Assembly: GCF_009831105.1 (NCBI RefSeq)
Contig: NZ_WUUQ01000002.1
Coordinates: 30,001 to 62,000, forward strand
Length of the DNA: 32,000 nt
Direction: 5' to 3'
Origin: Copranaerobaculum intestinale
Lineage (GTDB): Bacteria > Bacillota_I > Bacilli_A > Erysipelotrichales > Erysipelotrichaceae
Shown here piece by piece: positions 1 through 10,000 of the stretch. Numbering within the stretch: the first letter of the stretch is position 1; the number at the start of each line of letters is the position of its first letter. Both the position numbers and the translations under genes were made by a program. A model generated the notes under the pieces. It worked only from the letters and a program-made list of their open reading frames with translations. It was not told the origin of the DNA and searched no databases.

Positions 1-80
1 ATCTGATTGCAACACATATCAGACCGTTGTTTGATGCAATAGAAATATGAAGTTTATAGCCTTATATGAAAGACAATAGA

Positions 81-121
81 AAAAGTAGAACGTAATCGTT
101 TGCAGACACGTTCTACTTTTT
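81..121. terminator. Bidirectional intrinsic terminator downstream of pepF
   Basis: A 12-bp perfect stem AAAAGTAGAACG (81-92) pairs with CGTTCTACTTTT (109-120). T-runs follow the hairpin on both strands. It lies 14 nt past the pepF stop. Confidence 0.7.
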
Positions 122-134
122 GGTTATGAAACGT

Positions 135-1889
135 TTATTTTGTAAGCTCCAAAAATTCCTGAATACGTGCTTCCGCAGTCTTTAATGCGGATACCCAGAA
201 GGCTTTATCGGTAACATCGATATCTGCCATTTTCGCAACATCTTCAACACTGGATACGGTGGTCGCATGAAGCAGAGCCCGATATTTCGGTACAAAGCTT
301 TCACCCTCCTGCTGATATTTCACAATCAATCCACGGGCAAACAGTCCGCCGAATGCATATGGAAAGTTGTAGAAGCTTAAATCACTTCCATAATAATGAC
401 TCTTGCACACCCACATGTACGGATGCAAATACTCTTGATCAAGGCCATCACCATATGCTTTGCGCTGACATTCAAGCATTAGTTCCTTTAAATCCTTGGC
501 AAATAGGAAACGATCCTTACTTGCTTCAAATACTGCTGTTTCAAACAGGTAACGGGAATAAATATCACACATGATCTGGGTGAGATCCTGCAGTTGATTC
601 TCAATCAGGGCAATTTTTTCTTCACCTTCTGCCGCATCGATCGCCGCATTCATAATGATATTTTCGTTAAAGGTTGACGCTGTTTCTGCCACCGGCATAC
701 TGTAATCCCAATTCAACGGCAAATGGTCTTCAATCTGCTTGCCATGGTAGGCATGACCGAGCTCATGAGCCAGGGTTACCACATCGCCGATCGCGCCGTC
801 AAAATTGGTCAGAACCCGACTGGCTTTGAGGTAAGGTAAATTACTGCAGAAAGCGCCTCCGACTTTTCCTTTACGCGGGAAGAAGTCAATCCAATCCTCA
901 TCAAATGCGGTTTCGATCATATCGGCTAAATCCGGGGCAAATCCTTTAAAATGATCAATCAGATAGGCCTTGGCGTCTTCAATCGTAAAGGATTGATGGG
1001 ATGAACCAAGCGGTGCGAACAATTCGAACCAAGGAAGCCCGTTTTTATATCCCAACAGTTCTCCCTTACGTTTTAAATACGCATGGAAAACCGGCATATA
1101 TTCATCCATAGCCGCAAACATCGCATCAAGCGTTTGCCGCTGCATCCGACTTTGATGAAGTGTCATATCAAGTGGAGAATCGTAGCCGCGCAGACTACTG
1201 ATTGTGTTTACTTGGGATTTGATCTCATTTAAAGAAAAACTGATTGCATCATCAATTTTTTCATATGCTTTCAATTCAGCCTCATACGCTTTTTTACGAG
1301 TATCTTTATCTTCACTGTATGCCATGTTTCGAATTTCGGATAGCGTGACTTCTTTTCCTTCGTACTCGGCAGTGACAATACTTGTCAGGTAAGACTGCAT
1401 GTCTCCCCAGGCAGTACCTCCGGACAAATCCATTTTCGTGATTACTTCCTCAACCTCATCACTCAGCAGATATTTGGCATCCGCTTTGGTTTGGATAAGC
1501 ATGTATTGATAAGGCTGCAGTGCCTCATCCTGAGCGATCATGGCTTCCAAATCATCAATATTCGCAATAAAGCGATTTATCATCGCAATGGCTTTTGATG
1601 ATTCACTCAGCTTATGCTGAAAGCGATTCATCTGTGCCGTTGTTTCACTGTCCTGGGTATTTGTACTCTGACTAAGAGAAATAAAAGAGCCCAGTTTTGA
1701 TGACAGAGTTACCATTTCTTCAAGAACCTCAATAATATTTGTCAATGTTGCGTGCTTGTCATTCTCATTCTTCCAGTCCGGAAAAGCATTGATTTTATCT
1801 GTGCATTGATCCAGCTTCTGAAAATCCTGTTCATAAGCTGGGTCATCATATCCCTTATACAGACTGTCTAAAGACCAGCGTTCATTCAT
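135..1889 (-). CDS. pepF: Oligoendopeptidase F family zinc metallopeptidase (M3B)
   Basis: 584-aa ORF with the thermolysin-type zinc motif HELGH (LAHELGHAYHG). Length and overall pattern are typical of PepF. No competing ORF. Confidence 0.85.
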   Translation of the reverse strand: MNERWSLDSLYKGYDDPAYEQDFQKLDQCTDKINAFPDWKNENDKHATLTNIIEVLEEMVTLSSKLGSFISLSQSTNTQDSETTAQMNRFQHKLSESSKAIAMINRFIANIDDLEAMIAQDEALQPYQYMLIQTKADAKYLLSDEVEEVITKMDLSGGTAWGDMQSYLTSIVTAEYEGKEVTLSEIRNMAYSEDKDTRKKAYEAELKAYEKIDDAISFSLNEIKSQVNTISSLRGYDSPLDMTLHQSRMQRQTLDAMFAAMDEYMPVFHAYLKRKGELLGYKNGLPWFELFAPLGSSHQSFTIEDAKAYLIDHFKGFAPDLADMIETAFDEDWIDFFPRKGKVGGAFCSNLPYLKASRVLTNFDGAIGDVVTLAHELGHAYHGKQIEDHLPLNWDYSMPVAETASTFNENIIMNAAIDAAEGEEKIALIENQLQDLTQIMCDIYSRYLFETAVFEASKDRFLFAKDLKELMLECQRKAYGDGLDQEYLHPYMWVCKSHYYGSDLSFYNFPYAFGGLFARGLIVKYQQEGESFVPKYRALLHATTVSSVEDVAKMADIDVTDKAFWVSALKTAEARIQEFLELTK

Positions 1890-1963
1890 AGTATCCCTTC
1901 TTTCTTATTCACATGCTATTATTATACCATAATTCAAAGATTTCATGAGTACGAAAGAAGTGC

Positions 1964-2605
1964 TTAGCGCAAGGATCGGCGGGAGCGGGAGTATACGATA
2001 TAGGCGGTTGTCATCAAAACGATACTGTAGCCGACAATGATCGGAAAGCTGAATGGAATTGTCTCAAATAAATTGATCGATCCGAACAGAAAAAAGAAAC
2101 CGGCCGAAGCAACTTTTACAGTATTTTCACGCAGATGCGAAAAAATGATCTTTCCGGCGAAGATACCGAGGATATTAGCAAGGATAAGTCCTGCCGCGGC
2201 GCCAAGAAATATGGCAAAATGCTCCTGATGATGGGCGGCTATCGCTACGGTAGCCAGTTGAGTCTTATCACCGAGCTCAGCTAATAGAAATGCTCCGGCT
2301 ATTGATATCAGCGGGAAACGATAATTGACTCCTTGAGAACCGCCTGATTCATCTTCCGCTCTTAGAGAACTAAGTCCAAAGAATAAAAACAGCAGAGCTG
2401 CTACCGTTTGTACAATCTGCATGGGAATAAAGTCACCGATGATGTCACCGGCCAATACTGATAGACCGGAAATTGTCAGAACTCCCAAGATCATGCCGAA
2501 CGCGACTGTGCGTGCCCGATAGCGATTGGTAAGCGCCATTACCATCAATTGTGTTTTATCAGCCATTTCCGCGATAAAAACCAGTAAAAAAGTATGCATG
2601 AACAT
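1964..2605 (-). CDS. GDT1/TMEM165 (UPF0016) family Ca2+/Mn2+ cation transporter
   Basis: Two internal repeats each carry the E-x-G-D-K-T signature (AEMADKTQL, AELGDKTQL) within hydrophobic multi-TM halves. The ORF-track start 2659 was trimmed to the ATG at 2605, preceded by GAGGTGA with a 5-nt spacer. Confidence 0.8.
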   Translation of the reverse strand: MFMHTFLLVFIAEMADKTQLMVMALTNRYRARTVAFGMILGVLTISGLSVLAGDIIGDFIPMQIVQTVAALLFLFFGLSSLRAEDESGGSQGVNYRFPLISIAGAFLLAELGDKTQLATVAIAAHHQEHFAIFLGAAAGLILANILGIFAGKIIFSHLRENTVKVASAGFFFLFGSINLFETIPFSFPIIVGYSIVLMTTAYIVYSRSRRSLR

Positions 2606-2734
2606 GTTGGTCACCTCAGTCGAGTATATGAAGCGAAAAAGAAAAACATGTTTGATCATAACATAATCCTAAATTATGATTTTATGCTGATGATCGTAAA
2701 CATGCCAGTAGGATATTAATCCTTCCAACAAATA

Positions 2735-2776
2735 AAAAGTACACACTTGCTGATGCTGAGCAAATGTGCACTTTTT
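2735..2776 (-). terminator. Intrinsic terminator after the M42 peptidase gene
   Basis: On the minus strand: AAAAAAAGTGCACATTTGC-loop-GCAAGTGTGTACTTTTTATTT. The long GC-containing stem starts immediately after the TAA at 2777-2779. Confidence 0.7.
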
Positions 2777-3817
2777 TTATTGACAAATATAAGCAAATAC
2801 CAACTTCATGGTGTTTTCAATTCCCTGATAGTGCGTCCGTTCCATGCCATGACTTGCGTGAACACCAGGACCGATCAAGGCACCGCGAATATTATTTCCG
2901 CCTGCCATCGCGGCGCTGACATCACTGCCGTACATGGGATAAATATCCACAGCATACTGCAGCTTTTGTTCCTTGGCCAGCTTGATAAGCTTGTTTGTCA
3001 TATCATAATCATACGGACCACGGCTGTCCTTGGCACAAATGCTGACATCATATTCCGTACAGCTTAAGTCTGAACCGATACAGCCCATATCCACAGCCAG
3101 TAGTTCATTGATCTGCTTTGGAAGATTGGATGCACCGTGACCGACCTCTTCATAGGTAGACATAATAAAGATTGTATCCTGCATCGGTTTGATCGAATCG
3201 TCACGCAGCTGTTTTAAAACCCCAAACAACAGAGAAGCACTGATCTTGTCATCCAGAAAGCGTGATTTAACAAATCCGCTTTTGGTTATTTGTACCTTTG
3301 GATCATATGCGATGAAATCCCCATTATTGATGCCCAGCTTTTGTACATCTTCTTTTGATTCCACAATTTCATCAATGCGCACTTCCAGATGATCCAGATC
3401 GCGTGCAAGCGTGGATGCATCCGGATACACATGTGCTGCCGGAGAAGTGGAGAGAATCGTACCGGAATAGGTTTTGCCTTCACGGGTGTGGATGATGCAA
3501 TACTCACCGTCAAGCGTGGGGAGAATCGGTCCGCCGACATCGGTAACCGCGAGTTTTCCGTCTGCTTTGATCGAGCGTACCATCAATCCTAAGGTGTCGG
3601 TATGAGCGGATACGCCGATGGTTCGATCGTGATGCAAGCCTTCCACATGAATGAATAAATTGCCTTTTTCATTTCGTGATGTTGGATAGCCTAATTTCTC
3701 TGCTTCTTCCTGCAGGAAGGAAATCGCATGCTGGGTATAGCCGCTTGGACTATCAATGCTCAGCAGTTTGGACGCAATGTCCAATACATATGTTTTATCA
3801 AAGTTCATATCCAGCAT
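2777..3817 (-). CDS. M42 family metallo-aminopeptidase (PepA/YsdC/FrvX-like)
   Basis: 346-aa ORF. It shows the M42-type pattern VSAHTDTLGLMVRSIKADGKL...VGG followed by EEVGHGA. The start codon lies 2 nt after the pyrR stop. Confidence 0.8.
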   Translation of the reverse strand: MLDMNFDKTYVLDIASKLLSIDSPSGYTQHAISFLQEEAEKLGYPTSRNEKGNLFIHVEGLHHDRTIGVSAHTDTLGLMVRSIKADGKLAVTDVGGPILPTLDGEYCIIHTREGKTYSGTILSTSPAAHVYPDASTLARDLDHLEVRIDEIVESKEDVQKLGINNGDFIAYDPKVQITKSGFVKSRFLDDKISASLLFGVLKQLRDDSIKPMQDTIFIMSTYEEVGHGASNLPKQINELLAVDMGCIGSDLSCTEYDVSICAKDSRGPYDYDMTNKLIKLAKEQKLQYAVDIYPMYGSDVSAAMAGGNNIRGALIGPGVHASHGMERTHYQGIENTMKLVFAYICQ

Positions 3818-3819
3818 CT

Positions 3820-4335
3820 CTACTTTTCAATCGTGATGTTATCAATACCATCACATTCAACAACCTTAACCCGAATGACCTCCTCCAGGCTGGAAGGAAT
3901 ATTTTTACCAATATAATCAGCGCGGATCGGCAGCTCGCGATGACCACGGTCGACCAGTACCGCCAGCTGTATTTCCTGCGCTCTGCCATAATGCATGATC
4001 GCATCCATGGCGGCCCGCACGGTACGCCCTCTAAACAGTACATCATCGACTAGAATGACTTTTTTATCTTTAACGTGCAGATTACCGTCAGGGATTGGAT
4101 GTTCGACATCCAAATCATCACGCCAGTGATTGATATCCAGACTTTCACATTCCAGGCGAACCTGTTCGACCTGTTCGATCATATCGGCGATTCGCTGTGC
4201 CAGAAAAATTCCCCGGGTTTTGATACCGACCAGAATTAAATTATCCACTCCTTTGTTACGCTCAATGATCTCGTGCGTAATGCGGGTAAGTGAACGGCGC
4301 ATTCCTTGCGCGTCGAGTATTTCTTTTGTTTCCAT
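3820..4335 (-). CDS. pyrR: Bifunctional pyrimidine regulatory protein PyrR / uracil phosphoribosyltransferase
   Basis: N-terminal [24 protein letters not shown] and the PRPP-binding loop [20 protein letters not shown] are classic PyrR. The start was trimmed to ATG 4335 (METKEIL), preceded by AGGAGGAA. Confidence 0.85.
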   Translation of the reverse strand: METKEILDAQGMRRSLTRITHEIIERNKGVDNLILVGIKTRGIFLAQRIADMIEQVEQVRLECESLDINHWRDDLDVEHPIPDGNLHVKDKKVILVDDVLFRGRTVRAAMDAIMHYGRAQEIQLAVLVDRGHRELPIRADYIGKNIPSSLEEVIRVKVVECDGIDNITIEK

Positions 4336-4366
4336 AAGTTCCTCCTGCATTTTTTCAACTATCTTT

Positions 4367-4395
4367 AGTATAGCGAAAACTGCTTCGAATAGCAA
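4367..4395 (-). promoter_or_regulatory. Putative sigma-A promoter for pyrR
   Basis: Minus strand TTGCTA (4395-4390), 17 nt, TATACT (4372-4367), directly after the stop of the upstream 501-aa ORF. Sequence match only. Confidence 0.4.
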
Positions 4396-5901
4396 TTACA
4401 AACCGGTTTTAAAAAGGGCAGGAGAATCGCTTTGAAAAAAGTTTTCTTCCTCTAAAAACTGGAACAGAGCTTCTATGCTTTGCATGCAGGAATTGTGTTG
4501 ATTGGCAGAATCTGTTTGGGTATATATTTCACCCATCGCAATATTATTGATATACATCATATCTAGGAAATGATGAAGCAGCGGCAGGGTTTCGTCTTTT
4601 TGTTGGTCGACACCGGCGGTATTGCCAAGCACCGCATGACATGGTTTGCCCTGCAGCTGGTAACAGCCTTCTGAGCAGACACGCTTTGCTTCCTCTAAAC
4701 TGGCGAAGCAGCGAATACCGGTTTTCTCTTCATAATTGTTGACGTAGAAAAAAGCATGCACTTTATGAAAAGCGGCAGTTTGATCAAAGGATACAGCATG
4801 GTGGATCAGCATTGCTTCACCATTGGGATTCAGCCATATTCCCTGGTGCAGGTGAGCGAGCAGATATGCTTTATCCAAGCGCTTTAATGGGATCAGTGCA
4901 CCGGTCTGTGCACCGGTCGCAAAGATATCATTATCGAGAAAGTGCAGCGTGCCGCTCTGCTGAAATATCGATTCTATATGATACTGCGGATGTTGATCAC
5001 AATACTGTTTCAAGGCATAGCTAAGTTCATGGATACCGCATGCCTCACAGCCGTTGCATACCACGCTGATCGTTTTTTTATGTTTGGTGAGATTGAACAT
5101 AAAGCCATTGATCGGAAGATCGTGTTTATCTATGCAGATAGCATTATAAATCGTCTGAACCATTGTGACCATCAGCGGAAATGTTTCCATATCCGTATCA
5201 CCGCCGATATATCCGATATATTGTGCATTGGTCGCATCATAATAATACGCGGCCTGATTTTCTCGGGAAGCAATACCGCAGATGATCATAAAATCCTGAT
5301 GGGTCTGCGGACTTGCGCACTGATATAGCTGACTGAGTGCGATGGCAGATCCAAGCTGACTGCGCGGGATGAATACAATACCGCATTTATCTACGATGCG
5401 GATACTGACAGCGATGAAATTCTGGGCGTGCAGACTGAGATCGCGGTATAGAAAATCCTGACTGTGATGAATGATCATCGCTTTGGCATCCGGAGTCTTA
5501 AACAGCAGCGGTTTATGAAGATGAGTCATTTCCAGAAATAGTATTTTTGTCAAAGGCAGATGAGCGTATGGATTATGGAAGGAATGACGGCTGATCTGAA
5601 TCGTTGCATCGTACATAAACTGATGCATATGCAGGATGGATTCATGAAGCTGTAAAAGACTGCTCATACGTTCAGCGAGATCATGCAGATTATAGGTATC
5701 CTTGGTTTTATGATGAATGAGGTGATACTTAGGAATTTCTGTGAAATATTTTAAAAAGGCAATCAGTGCGGGATGCGGATACGTAGTTTTATTCAGCAGC
5801 GAATATACAGTATCATCATCGATCGTAAAGGGATATGCTTCAATTAAGGCTTTCAGATACGCTTTGGGGGAAACATCATCCTGTAATAGGATTTGATTCA
5901 T
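4396..5901 (-). CDS. Hypothetical 501-aa His/Cys-rich protein, no family recognised
   Basis: Long uninterrupted ORF whose ATG overlaps the TGA of the upstream aminotransferase (ATGA, 5898-5901). It has four HH pairs (IHHK, IIHHS, LIHHA, LLHHF) and a CNGCEAC motif. No TM segments or known catalytic motif seen. Confidence 0.6.
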   Translation of the reverse strand: MNQILLQDDVSPKAYLKALIEAYPFTIDDDTVYSLLNKTTYPHPALIAFLKYFTEIPKYHLIHHKTKDTYNLHDLAERMSSLLQLHESILHMHQFMYDATIQISRHSFHNPYAHLPLTKILFLEMTHLHKPLLFKTPDAKAMIIHHSQDFLYRDLSLHAQNFIAVSIRIVDKCGIVFIPRSQLGSAIALSQLYQCASPQTHQDFMIICGIASRENQAAYYYDATNAQYIGYIGGDTDMETFPLMVTMVQTIYNAICIDKHDLPINGFMFNLTKHKKTISVVCNGCEACGIHELSYALKQYCDQHPQYHIESIFQQSGTLHFLDNDIFATGAQTGALIPLKRLDKAYLLAHLHQGIWLNPNGEAMLIHHAVSFDQTAAFHKVHAFFYVNNYEEKTGIRCFASLEEAKRVCSEGCYQLQGKPCHAVLGNTAGVDQQKDETLPLLHHFLDMMYINNIAMGEIYTQTDSANQHNSCMQSIEALFQFLEEENFFQSDSPALFKTGL

Positions 5902-6971
5902 AGATGTATCTCCAATTCTTTCAGGGCATCTAACAGCTTGTTGATGTCTGCTTCCGTGATATAGTTCATACAGCCGATACGAAGAATCTTATCAGAGCTA
6001 TCCTGCAGTCCCAGCTCGATACGGATGTCGTAATGCTCCTCAAGCAGCTTTTGAAGCAGAGAGGCTTTTTGTTGATGCTTAGTGCGGATCAATACTAAAG
6101 AGTTGGTGGCATTTTGCTGATTGCAGACTGGATACTCAAGCTTGCTCAGTCCGGCTTCAAGCTGTTCGTGCAAAGCGGCGTAATAGCGATTCCACACCGA
6201 GATAGGATGTTGATTCAGGATGCAAAGAGCTTCATGAAGTGCCATATAAAGTGAAATAGCAGGAGTGGTATTGATTTTCGCATCGTCATGAAACTTACGG
6301 ATCATATTTTCAAAGCTGAAAGCGTAGGAGGCTGTCTTGTGATCGGTAACGGCTTTTACGGCTCGTACAGATAATGCGATCATGCTTAAACCCGGCGGCA
6401 TCATAAATCCTTTTTGCGAAGCCATGATCAGACAGTCGATATGGTCGTTATCAAAATGAAGCGGATTCATGATGATGCCTCCGATAGAATCTACAACCAG
6501 CAATGCACCATGCTTTTTACATAATTCACCAAGCGGTTTTAGGGTATTTAAAATTCCGTTGCTGGTCTCTGAATGAGTAACCAGAACTCCTTTAATATGC
6601 TCATGCTCCTCGAACATAGTTTCAATATCTTCGATATGATAAGGCTCATTGATATAGGTACATTCCAGTACCTCAAGCTTTTGCAGGCGGGCCATTGAAG
6701 CAAACCGTTCTCCAAAATATCCGGTATTAATAGCTATCACCTTATCATGAGACTGAAATAAATTCATCAGCGATGTTTCCATACCGGTAGAACCGCTGCC
6801 ATTTTGAAGAATGATTTCACACTTTTTACTCTGTACGATCATTTTCATCTGTGCGACGATCGAGTTGTAAACCGCTTTGAATTCTTCACTGCGGTGATGA
6901 ATGATCGGCATTGCCTCGCGGCGTTGAACAAAGGGATGACATACCCCGGGCCCGGGACTTAACAATAACAT
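5898..6971 (-). CDS. Class V PLP-dependent aminotransferase (serine-pyruvate / alanine-glyoxylate aminotransferase family)
   Basis: LLSPGPG N-terminus, a THSETSNG segment, and the PLP-lysine motif ASQKGFMMPPGL. The start was trimmed from 7025 to ATG 6971, preceded by AAGGAGTG. Confidence 0.8.
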   Translation of the reverse strand: MLLLSPGPGVCHPFVQRREAMPIIHHRSEEFKAVYNSIVAQMKMIVQSKKCEIILQNGSGSTGMETSLMNLFQSHDKVIAINTGYFGERFASMARLQKLEVLECTYINEPYHIEDIETMFEEHEHIKGVLVTHSETSNGILNTLKPLGELCKKHGALLVVDSIGGIIMNPLHFDNDHIDCLIMASQKGFMMPPGLSMIALSVRAVKAVTDHKTASYAFSFENMIRKFHDDAKINTTPAISLYMALHEALCILNQHPISVWNRYYAALHEQLEAGLSKLEYPVCNQQNATNSLVLIRTKHQQKASLLQKLLEEHYDIRIELGLQDSSDKILRIGCMNYITEADINKLLDALKELEIHL

Positions 6972-7023
6972 GACGACTTCACTCCTTTCATGGTATTGTA
7001 TGAGACAGCAAAGAAGACGGCAC

Positions 7024-7049
7024 AAAAAAAGACCCGCATATGCAGGCCT
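7024..7049 (-). terminator. Intrinsic terminator after the SNF2 helicase gene
   Basis: Minus strand GGCCTGCATATGCGGGTC imperfect hairpin followed by TTTTTTT, 5 nt after the TAG stop. Confidence 0.55.
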
Positions 7050-7053
7050 TTAT

Positions 7054-10000
7054 CTAAAATAAATCCAGAAGCTCATTGGTAGACATACGAGTAATAACGC
7101 CGCTGTTCTCCTGAATAATGGAGTCGGATAGCTGCTGCTTCTGAACTTGCAGCTGCATGATTTTTTCCTCGATCGTATTGCGTGCGATCAGTTGAAATAC
7201 CTGAACGTTGTTATGCTGACCGATGCGATAGGCACGGTCGGTTGCCTGATTTTGGGCGGAGAGATTCCACCATGGATCGAAGTGAATAACAACCTCAGCG
7301 CTAGTTAGATTTAAACCGGTACCTCCCGCCTTTAAAGAGATCAAAAAGACCGGGATCTGATTGGTGTTAAAAGCATTTACCATCTGCTGCCGCTGCATTT
7401 TCGGTGTGCTTCCTTTCAATAAATAATAGTCGATCTGCTGTTTTGTCAGCCGTTCTTCCAGGAGTGCCAGCAGTGATGTGAATTGTGAAAATACCAATAC
7501 TTTTTTCTGTGATTGCATACAATTTTCAATAAGCTCAACGCATGCCTCCAGCTTGGCACTCTCATGCGGATAATCATGGTAGACGAGTCGTGGATCACAG
7601 CACAGCTGACGCAGCCGCGTAAGCATGGATAAAATCATGATCTTATTCTTGCTTTGAGATCCGGACTCGCGCAGCTCCTGACGTGCTTGAGCCGCGTTTG
7701 CCTGATATAGCTTGCGGGCTTCTTCGTGCAGATCAATCAAAATGGTTGTTTCTACTTTATTAGGCAATTCTTTTAAAACATCCTTTTTGACTCGCCGTAA
7801 TATGAACGGCTCAACCAGCTTTTGAAGATTTCTGCGGATACCCTGATCCTGGTTCTTCACAATTGGCTGTTCATACATTTTTTTAAAATACGGATACTCA
7901 TAAAGATAACCGGGCATTAAAAAATCAAAGATCGACCAAAGCTCAGCCAATGAATTTTCGATCGGAGTGCCGGTCAAAGCGAATTTATGAATGCTGTTGA
8001 TCTGCTTTACCGACTGCGCATTCTTTGTGTTATGGTTTTTAATGAACTGCGCTTCATCAATAATTTGATAGGTGAAGGTTATCCCCTCATAAAAGGGGAG
8101 ATCGCGCTTAATATAATCATAAGAGGTAACGAGTACATCATACTTGCTCGCTAATGCAATTTTTCGCTGCCGTTGACTTGCATTGCCGTGAATGACGCAG
8201 CAGGTCAAGGTATCCGAAAATTTTGATATTTCACTTTGCCAATTTAAGATCAGCGAAGACGGGCAGATGACCAATGACTGTGCCTGCGGATTATTTATTT
8301 TTTCATCCTCCAGCAAGGTAATGATCTGAAGGGTTTTCCCGATTCCCATATCATCTGCGAGAATACCACCGAAACCATAATTTGACATCGTTTTCAGCCA
8401 GCGGTATCCGGCTTTCTGATAATTTCGTAAAATTGGCTTCAAATGCGCCGGTACTTCGAAATCATTATCCTGACTGCTGCGGATACCCTTGATGATATTT
8501 TTGAAGGTATGATCGCGTTCCATTTTCAGCTGACTATTTTCTTTTACAATATTGTCTACATATAGAGAACGGTAAGCCGGCACCTGAATAACTCCTGACT
8601 GCAGCGCCTTTTCACTCACGCGCATGCCGTCCAGCAATTGCGACAGCTCGTGCAGCGCATTATCTTCGATATTCACAAAGGAGCCATTTTTCATACGATA
8701 ATATTTTTTATGAAGATGGTAAGCCTTTAAGACATTTTGAAGCTCCTCGATCGGGAAATCATATGTATTCAGATCAATTTCCAAAAGATCGCTGTGCATA
8801 TGAACTCCCATGGTGATGGACACACTGTTTTTTATTTGCACATTTCTGATTTTATCTGTCGCGTAGATATCACATACTTCAGAAAGCAGCGGGAATCCAT
8901 TTTGGAAAAACTCATACAGCGCATCTTGACTATTTTCAATATAGGCGGTCTCCTGTTTGGGATCGATGCGGGTCATAAACCGTGTCAAAAGCATGCGAAT
9001 CTGGATTTCCTCATGGTAATTGCGGGCGGCGTTTCCGCTGAATGGGGCAAAGGCCGGATACTCTATGTCACCGTAATTGTAAATGAGTTTTGCGCTGAGG
9101 GTCTGTGCTTTTGGCATATCTAAATATAAACGAGCGGTTAACGGCTGCGGCGCATAGACAGAAATATCTGCACCGCTCAGCGGTATATAATCTTTGATTT
9201 GGGTAATGATGTGATGATAAAAGGCAGTCATATCCGATTCACTTACCAGCAGTGCGGAATGCTTGCGCTGGAGATGGATCAAAAACGATCCGCAGGCTTT
9301 GGAATATTCATGATCACAGCGATGAAGTCGGCGGTCAACCAGAAGATAAAGATATTGAGAACCCTCTGCAAACTGATAGTCATAACGATTTAAGTGGAAA
9401 AGATACTGCTTCTGCTGTTCCTCGACCAGCAGCGTGAATTCGGGATTGCGGTCACAGAAGGGAAGATTGGTGAGATGCTTGTCCGCATAGCGATACAGCA
9501 CCTCCTGATCCAGATACATGGTGAAAAATTCATCTAATGCATCCTTGGTAAGCGGAAGACAGCGTGATTCATACGGAATGCGGAACGGTCTTTCATTTTG
9601 AAAGTAATAACGATCACGACTGTGGCGCTGCACATATTCATAAAGGATACGGGAGGGTCCATCCAGGATCGATTCATGGTGGAAGAAAGCAAGATCACGG
9701 CCATAGCTTTTTTGCACATGCTCCTGCATATCCCGTACGAACTGCGGGATATCTTTGATGATATACATTTTATCAATACCGATTTTTAAGGTAAGAATCG
9801 CAATATCGTGATGAAATTCCAGCACCGGTTCCAGCTTCACCTGCTTTTGAATATTGAAGGCCAGGGATTGATATAATTCATTTCGTTCATAGGAGCTGAT
9901 GAGCTGCTTTGTCCATTCATCACTTGGTTGTCCCTCGGCTAAATGATTTTTATCCTGATGCAGGGTATTCCGCTCTAATACTTTAAACAGCACGGCGATA

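Noticed and set aside
3-48. Possible 3' end of a + strand gene entering from the left (frame 3, ...LIATHIRPLFDAIEI-stop)
   Set aside because: Only 15 codons are visible, which is too little to support a call, although the bidirectional terminator at 81-121 is compatible with one.
2606-2776. Possible yybP-ykoY (Mn2+) riboswitch in the leader of the GDT1/UPF0016 transporter gene
   Set aside because: This family is often riboswitch-controlled. Reading the minus-strand leader, I found none of the conserved GGGGAGUAG or four-way-junction elements, only an AT-rich leader and the neighbouring gene's terminator.
4336-4440. PyrR-binding attenuator upstream of pyrR
   Set aside because: No CCAGAGAGG-type loop and no terminator/antiterminator pair was found. 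The region is the 3' end of the upstream CDS plus a plausible promoter.
8737-9123. 128-aa + strand ORF inside the SNF2 gene, plus similar nested ORFs at 353-574, 1204-1392, 4942-5328, 9534-9776, 12511-12768, 13388-13702, 17628-17969, 24397-24792, 26681-26980, 29161-29439 and 30938-31240
   Set aside because: All lie antisense or out of frame within long ORFs that carry strong family motifs. None has an SD or recognisable motifs. They are typical shadow ORFs.
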